A DNA stretch of 64,000 bases from Asterias rubens (taxonomy: Eukaryota): NCBI RefSeq assembly GCF_902459465.1, contig NC_047082.1:7130001-7194000 (forward strand), read 5' to 3'. The notes beneath the pieces were generated by a model. The model was not told where the DNA came from. It ran no database searches and saw only the letters and a list, made by a program, of their open reading frames with translations. Shown piece after piece: positions 1 through 13,200 of this stretch. The translations under genes were made by a program, and so were the position numbers. Position 1 is the stretch's first letter; each line of letters begins with the position of its first letter.

Positions 1-2497
1 CGTGCGCAGCTGCCACCAGTAGGCAATCTCTCACCCCAATGCACACGGCGCTATCCGCACCCCTTCTCTCTCTACCGTTGAGTATTGGTCTCACAGGCTG
101 ACTTCACACACATCCAATTCTTCATTAATTGAAATGTTGCCATTTTTGATGGACACTCAATCAGCCAAGGCAGTACCCAACACCCGCAACTGATTGTTGT
201 GAGTTAAATGAAGCATATCTCGAGAAAACAAACCGTCACAGTAGCCCGAGTGAAGTTCACCTCACCACCACAGTTTACCCCCCTTGTTTACAGTCAAGAC
301 CTTGGCTACCTAACAAAAGCCTACTACCCTATTCACCTGGTCTTGATGAGTGTAGTTGTTATTACAACCAAGGACAAAACACAGCGGTCAATACAAATTA
401 GTTCCCGCTAGTTTAAGAAAATGAAGTTGTCAAAGTGGGCATATGAAGCCATTCTATGCTGACCGTCGTTTGTTTCCCTTCTACTTTCAATTGCTCTATA
501 CCGTCATTAAGGTGAAAAGAACGGCCGGCTTTGAAGCCTACCGAACACCACAAGTCGCGGTCATACTGTTCGGATTAATATCAACACCAAACAAAAATTC
601 ATAAATAAAAGCTAGGGAACTGTAATGACGAAGTCCGGCCAAACATCAACTTGGTGATGTTGTATGTCAATTCTACCGGCCATTGGAGAGGGGTTGGGCC
701 TCGTATAACCTTGGGTAACCTTTGTCTATACTATTAAAGGGTCACTTCAAGACCAGCCAAGTTCAAATACAATCAGTTTGCTGAATGGACCAATTAGGTC
801 TATGCAGCAAATCGTCGTGATTCAATAAGAATATTGGCAATTATAAACAGTAGTTTTTATCCACAATGAACATTTTCGGTGTGTGGAGAATATCAATAAT
901 GGTTTGAGCGAAAAAGAAAAAAAAATCATGATTTTGTATTATTGAATTGAACTAAACTTAATTAAAATATGAATATCAAACGCTGAACATTAATAAACAG
1001 TTGACAAAATAATTAATTAATAAATAAATAATAAACATTCAGATGTTAGGGTCAGCAACGTAACATGCAATACAATAATAAAATGTTTCTAGTTCAAACT
1101 GAGCTGTTTAGACATAACTTTCTTTTAATTGAACACAAAACAAGTCTTTCACACTTCACTTCAAATGTTATGTAAGTTACATTGCCATTATTCTTGAATT
1201 CGAAAACAAACCTCAGCATTCTTGATTTAGCTAAGTTTGATCATAATTCGTTTTCCATTGGCAACATGTTTAAGGATGAGAAGGCATTAGACACAACAGA
1301 TAGAATGTCTGTGTAACTATCATGTATTGGTGTTTTCATGTCTGATAGTAAATTAAGAACCAGTCGACTAACATTACTTTGAGTTCGGAATTATGAAGAA
1401 TTGGTTACAAATTATCAGATGTTTCCACGACATGACTGAACCATAATGGCGGCTCCCAAGCCCTGTTTATCTCAGGCAACCCTTGACCCAAAACATTTGA
1501 CTAAAAAAAAGAATATATATATATTTTAAAAGAGAGTGAAACTTCATTATGTTAAAGCCCCTTTGGTTGTCTGGGTTCCTCTAACCACCATGGTTCCCGG
1601 TACGGTGCTAGCGGGCTCCGAGCGACATTCGAGAAGGGTGTTTCTGCACCGACCTACCGCCGAAGCCACGTCACAAACAATGCATCCCTTTCAACCGGGT
1701 TTGGACGAGTATGGCTTTTGCTCATTCAAAAATAGTGTTATACACACTTTGGAGCGCTTTGCGTGCAAACTGTTACAAGATTCGCTGTAGCGAATTGGAG
1801 CAGGAACTTTATGATAATCAAGGAGGGAACCTTAATAGAATAATCTCAAAAACCACAGTTGAATTATATGTAAAGACCAGTGACGGTTGTATTAGTTCTC
1901 TCAAAACCTTTATCCCATGCGCTTTGAGGTTGCAAGGGTTATGATTGGTCAAACATGTCCCCTGTTCAATGGACTTCAATGGACCTATATGTTTTGTTCT
2001 GTATCATATTTTTATAAGCGTAGAAGAAATAACATTGCTGGCTGGGTGTATGGTTTTTGCGGTCAGTTCCATCCAATATGACTAATTTGAAATTCAGTGT
2101 TGTGTTATAAAAAAGGAGGGAAAAGAGAAAAAAGGCAAACTGCTATCATCAACAGAATCAGAGCTACAGTGCCCTGTGGTATAATGCCATAGTTCATTGG
2201 AACCCGCACGTACCTTGTATTGTCAACAAAGCGACAGTGCCAAATATGGTCCTTCTTAATCTTTGCTATGCCATTCACATTCATATTACTAACTATTGCT
2301 GGGTTGTATTTAATGACAGAATAAAGGGCCTATACGGCTATGGTCAATGACTTGTTATGAATCGAAGGGGAAAATATGAAGCTATTATGGGAAGGAGGGT
2401 GAACAACGGGTGAGACTAATTGTATTGGGGTAGTCCGTACTCTAGCTAGGGGTCCAACGACCTGCTAGAGTGGTGCCGTCTAAACCCCTTCACACAA

Positions 2498-2730
2498 TCG
2501 CTCGTTATGTTGTTGCTGTTCGTAAGATCTAGTTTAGTAACACATAGCTTTATTTAGAAACCTTCTTGATTCTATTCTGTTGAATATATATATGCTAAGG
2601 AACTCAAATCATTAACAAGCTGTAATTGTACCCGTCGTCTGTCGTTGTTGTCATTTCGTAAAGATCTAGTTTAGTATCAATTTTGTTAAATCCATGCTTA
2701 GGAACACAATTATTTATGAACAAGCTACAT
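2498..2730. repeat. Old, diverged tandem duplication of about 135 bp
   Basis: The collinear blocks GTTGTTG..TTCGTAA(A)GATCTAGTTTAGTA, ATGCT(A/T)AGGAAC and AACAAGCT each occur twice. Confidence 0.7.
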
Positions 2731-3154
2731 TGTTAGTCATGATATATAAGTGATACAGATAGTGAGTTGCTTTTGAATGGTTTTGAATTTTGACAAGTGA
2801 TTACGTGGAAGGCTGTTTTGGTTTAGGCAAACAACTGATCGCTGTAAGGTTTTCAAACGTATTGCCATCGATGAATACTTTTAAAAATGTTTATAACAAA
2901 CCAGATGTTGTTGTTGTTTGCACACACATATTTATTTAATGTGTTGCAAGAATTTACTCAAAAGAAGTTTAACTTGACGTACGTTTTGAAATTTTTTGAA
3001 AAACCTTTAACGGTTTCAACATGATGGTACGGCAGTTATTTGTTTTGTTTTTCTTTTAAGTTGGTTTAATTAATTCGTAAATTCAGATTAAAAATTACGA
3101 GTTTTTTTTTTTCCTTTTTGTGTCCAATAACATCCACTTTGCATAAATGTAATG

Positions 3155-3308
3155 TGGCCGTTCACGAAACCACGGCTGGAGCTTGGGCTTGGTGGGTTGA
3201 GGCCATGTCAGTTATTTAGAAAACGTGCATTTTCCTTACGGGGCTTCATTCAGGCGGACAGGGCCGAAGATGGAGGCTTAGCCCAAGTCGTGGTTTCGAA
3301 AACGGCCA
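3155..3308. mobile_element. Short degenerate MITE (GGCCGTT..CGAAACCACG terminal inverted repeats)
   Basis: The left end TGGCCGTTCACGAAACCACGGCTGGAGCTTGGGCT is an imperfect reverse complement of the right end AGCCCAAGTCGTGGTTTCGAAAACGGCCA. No coding capacity. Confidence 0.6.
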
Positions 3309-4450
3309 AAACGAAGTCAGTCACAAGGAAGCAGAAAGAAACTATGAATGTATCAGATAGTTCGTATTCATTTTTATTTTGATAATTATGATTGATTAAT
3401 TCAAAATAAAACACTTTTAAGGTTTTCTTTTCCGTCACGTATTCTCCAAAGAGTTGTAATCTGAAATGTACAATCTTAATGATTCCACAATTAATTCAGT
3501 GACATTACCGTAATTGCTAGCATAAAGAATTCGCCATTGATAAACAGGTTTATACATGTCATTATGAATACTTGTCTGGTGAACAAGAGTGAAAGCGATG
3601 TTTCATATCTATGGCAAATTGTAGAGAAATGTGTTCTGGCAAGATTGTATACCTGTATGCGATGAGTCACTATATTACGAATATATGAATATAACACGTG
3701 CTTATTCAAAACATACGCAACATCAATGCCTTTTAGTTTATCTTATTTTTTATTTATTTTTGCAACTTGAAAGAAACCAACAAATCACTACATTGTATTG
3801 TCTTCTTATTTTCTTGTTTAATGTTTGTAGAGGACAGTGAGAGGTTACCTTATTAATCCCGGCCAGATAAGTTCATTTCTCTCAGTGTGTGTTTGTAAGA
3901 AGAATTGACCAAAAACATTCGTTACAAACAACTATTTGGATGAACTACTTAGCCTACATCGTTGACAGATTGAAAGATTTATTACAGTTATCCAAAAAGA
4001 AAAGAAATGAAATAAAAATTGTTTAAGAGAAGGGGGAAAATGATTGAAAATTGGAGGTTGGTCATCCGTGAAATATGAGAGGATCCGAAGGTGATTTAGG
4101 AAAACGGCATTGATTGAATATCTGAAGTATTTCTCATAAATCAATATCGTATGGAAAGTTGTAAATATTAATTGGAGTTTGGGGGGGGGGGGTGTTGAAA
4201 TGAAGAGAAATGGACTCATCAATCTCTTGCTGTTTGAGTAATGACACTACGTCAAAGTAACGCAGAAAATACTCATAGAAGGTGAAGATCAAAAAGTGTA
4301 AATCGTGCATCAAAAGAATACGATTTTTGAACCGAGTTTAGCTTTAAACATCCGCGATTTAATGGAACTTATGTTGTGTAGGAAAGTTCCAGATATGTAC
4401 GTCAGGTTAAGTGTGTTTTGTTGATGTGATGTGGTTACGGGGTTCAGTGC

Positions 4451-4585
4451 AAAGGTATCACCCAGTCAAGCATCACATGCAGTGCTAAGCAAAGCTTACC
4501 ACGTTTAATGCCATGTTTAAAGGTATCACCCAGTCAAGCATCACATGCAGTGCTAAGCAAAGCTTACCACGTTCTGCCATGTTTA
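4451..4585. repeat. 68-bp tandem duplication
   Basis: AAAGGTATCACCCAGTCAAGCATCACATGCAGTGCTAAGCAAAGCTTACCACGTT occurs at 4451 and 4519. Confidence 0.95.
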
Positions 4586-7024
4586 TGATGGATTGAGAGT
4601 AGAGGTCCCAATCACACCTAGTACATATTATTGGATATCACATAAGGGGGCTACATCCGTACACCAGACCACCACAGTCACTCCATGTCACACCACAAAC
4701 GGCTCTTCATTTTATTGTACGGGTTTACGAAGTGTGTTCTTCTATGTGGAGGTGTTACCGCGTGAGAATCGGTCCCGTAAGTTAGCACCTCGAGCAAGAC
4801 CGAGCAGTACGGGCCCGCAGGGCAAACGGCCCGTCGATCGGCCCGTGTTTTGCCTCCCTTTTGCTAAATCATACGCTCGGCCGGTAACGAATTTGACGTT
4901 TCTCTGACATCTTTTTGAAGCTTTTTGTTCGGAAATTAGCGCACCGTGGTGTGCCATATATCGACATTGTGTCTCCGTTGAGATTGGCCGCTTTTCCATG
5001 CATTCAACGTGAAAAAAACCTCGGACTCGCAATGACACGCTAAAACGTGTTTATTAAAACTTTGATAACTTGAAATGCTGTGGAAATTATTTTTCCCCGC
5101 TAGGGTTGAGCATGCTGTACGTCGTGTAAATGATAATAATAACGCTGTTCGTAATAAACTCTAACATAATTAAGCAACCGTATCAATCGCTGAAATTGCA
5201 TCTGCCGGTTACCCACGCTAATTGAACATCGATAATTCTCAATCTCAATTCGCTGATTAAGGGGTAGGGAATCATTGAAATTGCACTGGCACTTTCAATA
5301 GAGAAATAATTCAGCGAGGGCGACGAGTGGATAGTTTGGTAGCGTTGTTGTTTTGTATAGTTCCCATATCAAATTAACCTAGCAACTAGCAGGCCGTGTG
5401 GTGCCTGGCTTCGCTTTAAAGAAACCCCTTACATTTTGGTGCGTTCATAAGAACATTCCTATTCACGCTTGAGGGTGTTGAGCCTTGGCGTATCACCACG
5501 ATGTTTCTTGCAGCTAGAGATAGAGATAGAGGGACAGAGTGATATAGCTAGTACCAAGGTAACATGATTTATGCGTAGTTTTCACTTCTACCTTCCTCGT
5601 CAGTAATTGAGTCAAGGCAAGGGATCTTGCCGTGAAGTAAAATGAGTTGATTACAGAAAACCAGGACCGTCTCTCACCGACGTTGACTCCTGGAGCAAAT
5701 CCAAATATTCTATCGGTCTACCCAGACTCATTTTAGTCGCGCTGTTTCCCAAATAAGCACAATTTCCAACATCAATTCAAGTCCATTTTGTATTTCCCAC
5801 ACACTCTCTTTCTCCTTTTTCTATTCTCGTTGTCTCCTGTGAGATTTAGCATTGACAAGCTGTCTATTCATAATGTCATATCTTCTTCATGTAGTTGATG
5901 TGTCCGTAGAGGACTACCTATCCATGACTGTTTGTTCAGAATTCACTACCCAACTCATTCTGGTTATTAATAGAAGTCTCTTTAACTAGACACTAGCGTG
6001 CCCTCTCACGTGAAATTCATCATCACATAGAGACAGCTCCGAACAGCGTCAATGATAGGGTCGATACCTTCAGTCTTTCCGATACCCAATTATTCGATTG
6101 AAACCAAATATTGAAAGAGTCGACGTGCCCTCCCGTGTCAAATTCTTCTTCAAATGAATCGATGTTGTTTCGGGTCTAAGACGCTGCCATGTACTCTTTT
6201 ATACCAAGTTCATCAACAAACGACCACACAGTTAAATGGAAAATATTATTTATGTGTTTATTTATTTATTTATTTATTTACTCTGGGGTGGGCTTTTTTG
6301 TTTGTTTTGGTTTTCAACACTAAATACTTGATATAATTACCAACATACACGAAGTCAATAGCATCATTAGGTATATATCAACAATAACATTTTAAAGTAT
6401 ATATTTTTGAAAGTCAAAGACAATTAAACGAATATAGATTAAAAACATAACAAAGTTCTTTTAACACACTATGAAACAAAGCGTCTTATAAATTATATTT
6501 AGGTTCGGGAAAGCCAATCAAACAAAACCCCAATAACTTATTCAACCAAGAAGGGCCAAACCACGTGATGGGTTATGAACAAATTGTTGCTTAATAGGAA
6601 GATTACATTATGATAAAAAAAGCTTGAAATAAGTATTCCGTACACGGGCTGCTGTCAATACCAGCTTATGGGTGTGAACACATCAAAATACTGACCGTTT
6701 GGCTCCCTTTTTAATGTCCTTCATAGTATGCAGAATAATTTATTCTATTGCAGAGTGTGGTACTACTTGACCACTCACATTGCTTCGTGTTTGATTGATT
6801 TATGCAAAGTGTTTTATAATTATGCCATTTTCCCGGTGTCGTGTTTGGCTGGGTTCACCTTATTTCAATGCTTGTTTTTGGTGTTTGTTTACTTGTTCAT
6901 TATTATTTGTATTTTTATTTTAATTTTATTAGGCCTATTTCTGTTTTGTTAAGGTTAGTATTGGTCAATTGCTTTAAGATGTTAAAACACAGCAAATCCG
7001 TTACACTTTACTTTGTTTCGTTAA

Positions 7025-7391
7025 AGGGAATGTACACTATTGGTCATTGTCAAAGACCAGTCTTCTCACTTGGTGTATCCCAACATAAGCATAAAATAAC
7101 AAGCCTGTGAAAATTTGAGCTAAATTGGTCATCGAAGTTGCGAGAAAATTATGAGAGAAAAAAACACCCTTGTTGGACGAATTTGTGTGCTTTCAGAAGG
7201 AATAAAAGATTTCTAGCTAGAAGTCTTTTATTGTATTAGTAAGAAATTACCTCTTTCTCAAAATCTATGCTACTTCAGAGGGAGCCGTTTCTCACAATGT
7301 TTTATACTATCAACAGCTCTCCAATGCCCGTTACCAAGTCAGTTTTTAAGTTAATATTTGTTTTGAGTAATACCCAACGTGTACCTTCCCT
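7025..7391. mobile_element. Complete TTAA-flanked MITE, Kolobok-like non-autonomous DNA transposon
   Basis: TTAA at 7021-7024 and 7392-7395. TIRs are AGGGAATGTACAC and GTGTACCTTCCCT, with a near-perfect internal palindrome at 7201-7232. Purine-purine termini with a TTAA TSD fit Kolobok rather than piggyBac, which starts with CCCT. Confidence 0.85.
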
Positions 7392-10169
7392 TTAATTACG
7401 TATTTCCAGATCATTGCACATAGTTTGTTATGTCAACACAATTACATTTGCGTTGTTCTATCACCCTGATATTCAATGTGATTATTTCTTTGGATCAATA
7501 TGTTTTCCTGTAACTTATGTGATTAATCTTGTGTCAACGGTCTGGCGTTTTGCACGCCTCTCCAATTCTCCAAACTGTAGCCTTTTGTGGAGGAAAACAT
7601 TTTCTAAACTGAGAAATCAACCTTTTGAGTCTTTCAAAAACAACAGAAAAAAATCAGCAAGATCGCTTTGGGCAAGATATCACTTCCATGTTCTTTTAAA
7701 AGAAGACTCGGAAAAAATGCCACATCTTGCAAGCCCTGAGAACAGACGGCATGCCAGGTTTAAAAACAGCTGAAACTCTGAGAATTTAGGGTCTTCGGCA
7801 CAAACAGACAGGGAGTGGAGAAACATTGCGCCGGGTAGCTCTAAGCAAATCATAGCGCGCTCTCCCCACAAAGATTGCACTTGCCATTTTTTTCTACCTC
7901 TCTCTCTTTTTCATTTTCTTCTTCTACCTCCTCTTTTAGTACTCCAGGGCAAACATTTCCTCGCTGATATTTTACTGTTATTTCTAGGGTCGAAGTAGGA
8001 TCAGCACTATGAACTGTTGTCAATGACCTGTGTGAACTCCAAGGGACCGGGCAGTCATTTGCATAACTCATCAAAACAAAACAACATATTATTAAGTGTT
8101 AATTCGTCCTCGTTATTTAGTGTTATTTTATTTTCCTAAGCTTTCCTTATTTTCCTAATACTTCCTGTACAGTACAGTAATTGATAAAGTAAAATCTTTA
8201 TTGATAATTGAAAGTGGAGAAAACGTTATGTTCGATAAACCGCGGTAATCTAAATTTGGTATATATACACTTAGCTTACATACAGTCAAAACAGAACATA
8301 CTTTATATAAATAATTTGTATAAATCACCAATATAGTTTTTTTTAACTCCTTCTATCAATCGTTTTTAAGATGCATTATGTCAAAACGGATGGTACGTCC
8401 ATTCTGCATGAATTTAACTAACAACAAGAAACAGTCGAATTTTTTAGTTTGAGTGTTGGGCGTCTGTTTTACATTGTTCCGTGCGTGGTAATTTTTATTA
8501 AGACATATTATTTTTCCCCACCGATTTCTATAATTACTAATAAAGTATCTTGTACTGATATCCGAATAATTCCTGTCTTGATATTGGAGCGTAGTTTCGT
8601 AATACATAAACTCGAATTGACTAAGAATTATATTGAATCTAAGTATTATATTAATCTTAATAGATTGAGTGAGTATAATTGAAGTAATCGTAAGAATAAA
8701 TTGCACCTCGTCTCTACTGACCTATTTTAAAATACTTCAAAAAACAATAACTTGAACTCGCAAAGATTAAGTTGGCAGTAATTAGGATGGGACATGAAGG
8801 GACAGCTTTATCCCAATGGTCGACTAGCAGAAGCTGTCCTGCAGTAGTTATTTAAGAAACAATGAACTTGGACATTATTTGATTAAGTCAGTTCCTAGCG
8901 TCTTTAATAGCCCTCACCTGCGACTCTTCATGTCATTAATCAAGAGATCATCCTGAACAACCATGGGTTATGTTTTTCTTACTGATTTACCCGCATTAAG
9001 TCGCATTAGCCACATCACTCTATTTGACACTTGAAAACCACACTATTCTACCTTCGCGTCTAAATCCCAAATCGGGTTGCTTTAGTAAAGGTCTACGTTA
9101 AGACAACAACCAGAAAACTCAACCCGAAGAGGGTGAGTTGAAATAGAATCCGCCGATGGAATTTTGGTGTTGTGTGTGGTGGAAGTGTTGGGTTCAATGA
9201 CCGATGAGATGAACACCCATCCCTTGATGTTTGCTCCTGAGATGTCGGGGGTAGAGACCCGTGCTTGGGGCTTACTGACCCCGTGCTCCGTTAATGTATT
9301 TCCCCTCTGTCTGCCAAACTAGGACCCTACCTAAAACACCAATGCCGACAACTTAAGAATGTCTGATCCTCAATTTTAAAACTCAGTTGTTGGAATTAAG
9401 AAGAAAACAACTTTGAAAAGTTCACCCTTTACTCCTTTTTTTAAAAACCACAATCTGTTAAATGGATTAATTAATTCACAACTCTTCACCCTGTGTGCAC
9501 GTGTCCACCTGTTCGGAATAGGAAAGCTCTCAGATCAGACTGGAAAACAGCCAACATCATTTTCATATTATTTGTTTATTTTGAACTTTAAAGCACTCTA
9601 TCGAAGAGACAATGTGGACACTAGTTTTGAAGAGTGACAGAGAAACCCAAACTTTAGATGAGTGCCGAAATGTTTGGTCCTTGTAAAGTGGGTATGACAT
9701 ACTAAGATAAAAGGGAGCCTGGGTCCATGCCATTAAGTGTGTATAGAGTCAGGTGTAAGGAAGGGAAACTGTGTAAACCATGGGCTTTCTAGCCGGAACA
9801 CTACAAGATTAACTATATAGTGTATAGGAAATCTCAGTTGTCACGACTCCATCCTTTACAAAACATCACCTACAACTTGGTTCTCTAGGGAGTTGAAGTT
9901 CACTTCTACTAAACCCGGACCGGTTAGAATTCCCTCATCCATGGTCAGACCAAATGCACATTCCATCAAGGCAAAGTTGGGTCATTTTGATGGGGTCGTC
10001 AGGTCTGGCCCTGAGGCTCAAACTCCCGGACACGTAGAGTTTGGCTGTCTAAGCTCGGTAGTTGGTTACCAACTTAAGAATCAAACTTGGGCCAAATTAG
10101 CGGCTAGGGATGAATGCGACTTTATCGTGACAATAACATGATTGATGCCTTAGCAACAGCCAAAGTCAC

Positions 10170-10245
10170 AGCCGCCCAATTCCGACATGGCTGCCCAGGT
10201 CGGACCTGGCTGTCCAATTCGGACCTGGCTGCCCAAGTCGTACTC
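10170..10245. repeat. Four degenerate 19-bp GC-rich tandem units
   Basis: AGCCGCCCAATTCCGACAT / GGCTGCCCAGGTCGGACCT / GGCTGTCCAATTCGGACCT / GGCTGCCCAAGTCGTACTC. Confidence 0.85.
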
Positions 10246-13200
10246 GGTCTAAGCAGCACGTCCAATATCTCAATAAGCCAAAAGGTTAGCGGGATCAAAC
10301 CTCCACTAAGGAGTTATAACGCCATAGGTCCTCACGCTGACTGACGAAATAAGTGGATACCGGACACGGTTGAATAGGACCAAAAAAGATACGACCTTAA
10401 TATGAAACTCAAATGAAAAAAATCACACACTTTAAAAGAAACATTTGTTACATAATTTGTGACATACTTTTTAAAGTTCTCCCCGGCATGTTCTATTTTA
10501 TAGAACAGAAAGTTCTGTGTTATGTTTTAGTGTGAACAATAAAGCAATGCTACAAAGAAAATCAAGAGGCTCTCGGCAACAAGTATTTACAATAAACAAA
10601 CGATTTGCCAACATTCTATTGGAAGCCAGTCAGTAGGCTTAAACCTTCATCAGAAACGGAGATCTAACCAAATGCACTCCCGTACCTTATCTTGATTCAA
10701 AGAGCTTAAGCTAACACCAAGAGCTTAGCTAACCAAGAGCACTATTTACAAAGAACACTATTTTTGCCATCAAACCATGCCGTACATCGTGAAACTGTTT
10801 TTATCAAAAAGAAATTCGGGGTATTTGTGTAAATTGCACTTTAGCTTGGAGACTTCAGTGTATACACGGTTCTCCATCGATGTAGAGCACCCATTTTGGT
10901 TGGAGCTTGGGAGAGGGATTGCCCTCAAACTAACGGTCTAACGTTATAGTTGGCTCGCCAGGTATAAGTGGCTGTAAACTCTCGTCATTTCTTCTGACAT
11001 TTAAGGGGGGAAATATCGTAAGACAGTTAGAGCCTGGGGAAACAAAGTTCCCTGTGAACAGTTTTATGCAGCAGAGGAAACGACATCCATTCCTAGTCAT
11101 TACTCACCCAGTGAACGTATATGAATGAAGTGACATTGACTCTACGGTTAAAGCTTTTAAGAAATAGATAAACACGTTAGTATTCATTTGCCCAAATTGG
11201 ATGAGAATGGTGTGCATTATTTATGTTGATTATTAAACTCACTCCAGATCTCTTTTGAATAACGTAAAAAGCCACCAGGATGTTGAAGTTAATGATTTAC
11301 TATTGGCTTGTTCCGTTTGAAGAGGCAGCATATTGATGACGTATCTACACCTTGTTCGATTGATACTTCACTCAGCTATCGAATCATAATACATCGAGTA
11401 CGTTACAAGCAGTGCCCCCCTCCCCACGACTCCCCTCCCCTCCCAACCATCCCCACCCCCCCCGTGACCAAAATATCGTCGATGATAATATGCCATTCAT
11501 AAATACTAAAATTCATCAACTTTGAATGTTACACATATCGAAAGCCATCATGTTCAAACTAATTTCCAAAGACTACCAGACTGATTGAGAGTTTCTAACC
11601 TCTGACCCCAGATCACATATCGACTTAGCAGGTCACGTCAAAGTCCCTGGTCATCCTCCTTCTGAAGTATGGTTGTAGGCGCCATCAGACCTGCATCCTT
11701 AAGATGTCTTCTACATCTTACCCCCATCTTAAGCAGCTCACACTGAACACATGCTATATCTCTACGTGTGGCGACACACCATTGTCAGTTGATGATAGAA
11801 GTACATATGCTGGGTGTTGACTGAATTCGGTTGGCTCTCTCCAACAGCGGGTCAATAATTGAAAACAAGTCAACGTTCACCAAACAGTGGTCACTTTCTT
11901 TGCCCAATCTTTAAGGCATATCATTCAATACACACGTCATTATCAAAAAATATACCATTCTATGAGACTTGAGTTTTCTTGAAGTGACCAGACAGATTCT
12001 GTCGGCTTTTCCAGATCGAGATAATGGCCCTGATAGAATGTTGTAACGATTGGAAAATATATATGAGTATACTTTTCAATGAAGATGCACTATTGTCTTC
12101 CATGGTTTACCGAAAGTCAAATGAGGGAACGAGTTGTAGCATTTATGGGGTTCTAAGCAGCCGGCATGGCAAGGCCTCTAAACACATTTACATGTTAACT
12201 CAAATACAGGGCACGGTACAAGTACGGCAACTCCAAATAAATACAAGAAAATGTTGAAGGAATTTATACCATTATTATTTACAGTGTTACTTACCAAAAT
12301 GCAATGGTTGCTGGTTGTACAGCATCACTCGTCAACATTCTAACCTTTCTATCAGGATCTTCCTCCATAAGTTGTAACCAGGGACGTACAAGGACGGACG
12401 AACGAAAGAAAACAAGTTGACCATTCAATATTATGGATCCAGGGGTTTTATTAACAAACTACACGTTGTAAAGAAGCCACAAATTGAAACATGGAAGGTA
12501 TATGAAATGTTGACGCCTGACGGCATTCCACCAGCACAAAGGCAGAAAGCATAGGTTATATCGAATCGGTTATGTAACTCGTAACGAGTTAGAGTAGGCC
12601 TACAGTTGAATGAATTTGTAATCCTGCATCCTGCAACAAAACACGGAGGTCAGTGTAATGCCCTGCTTGTTTGTAAACAAATAAACCTTAAAACCAACAA
12701 ATATTTGAATCGAGAAGTCTAAGTAACTTAGTTGTGGGATTCATCTAGGAAGCTTCGGCAAGGTATTGCACCCGTGTGCAATTTGTATTTTGATTGCGTT
12801 ATCGAATTAGATAAATATTTAAGCTCTTTTTAATGGTGTAACACTCCAGCCAGCGTGGTTTCTAAATTGGATTACCGTTCATTTAAATGATAACACATTC
12901 TGAAAGTGTTCCTTTACCATAAATACCCCCCCTCCCCCTTAAAACTCCCAGTCCTTACACGTACATAAGGCCTCAACGGAGTTGTGTCCCACTGATGTTT
13001 ATGTCTTCTCTGATGAAGTTATTCGCTTGAGAGACTCAATGAGCAATGTACGTAGCCAGGATACATCGCCGCCGGTTGGCGCTCTAAGCTTCATTAGAGA
13101 TAGCCTCTAGCGCCGCCTTTGGGCCACATAAGGAGAGCCGCGAGAAATCCGCCTGCGGACTTTTCGCCTAAACGGCGACAGTTTGTAATTGCCACTAAAC

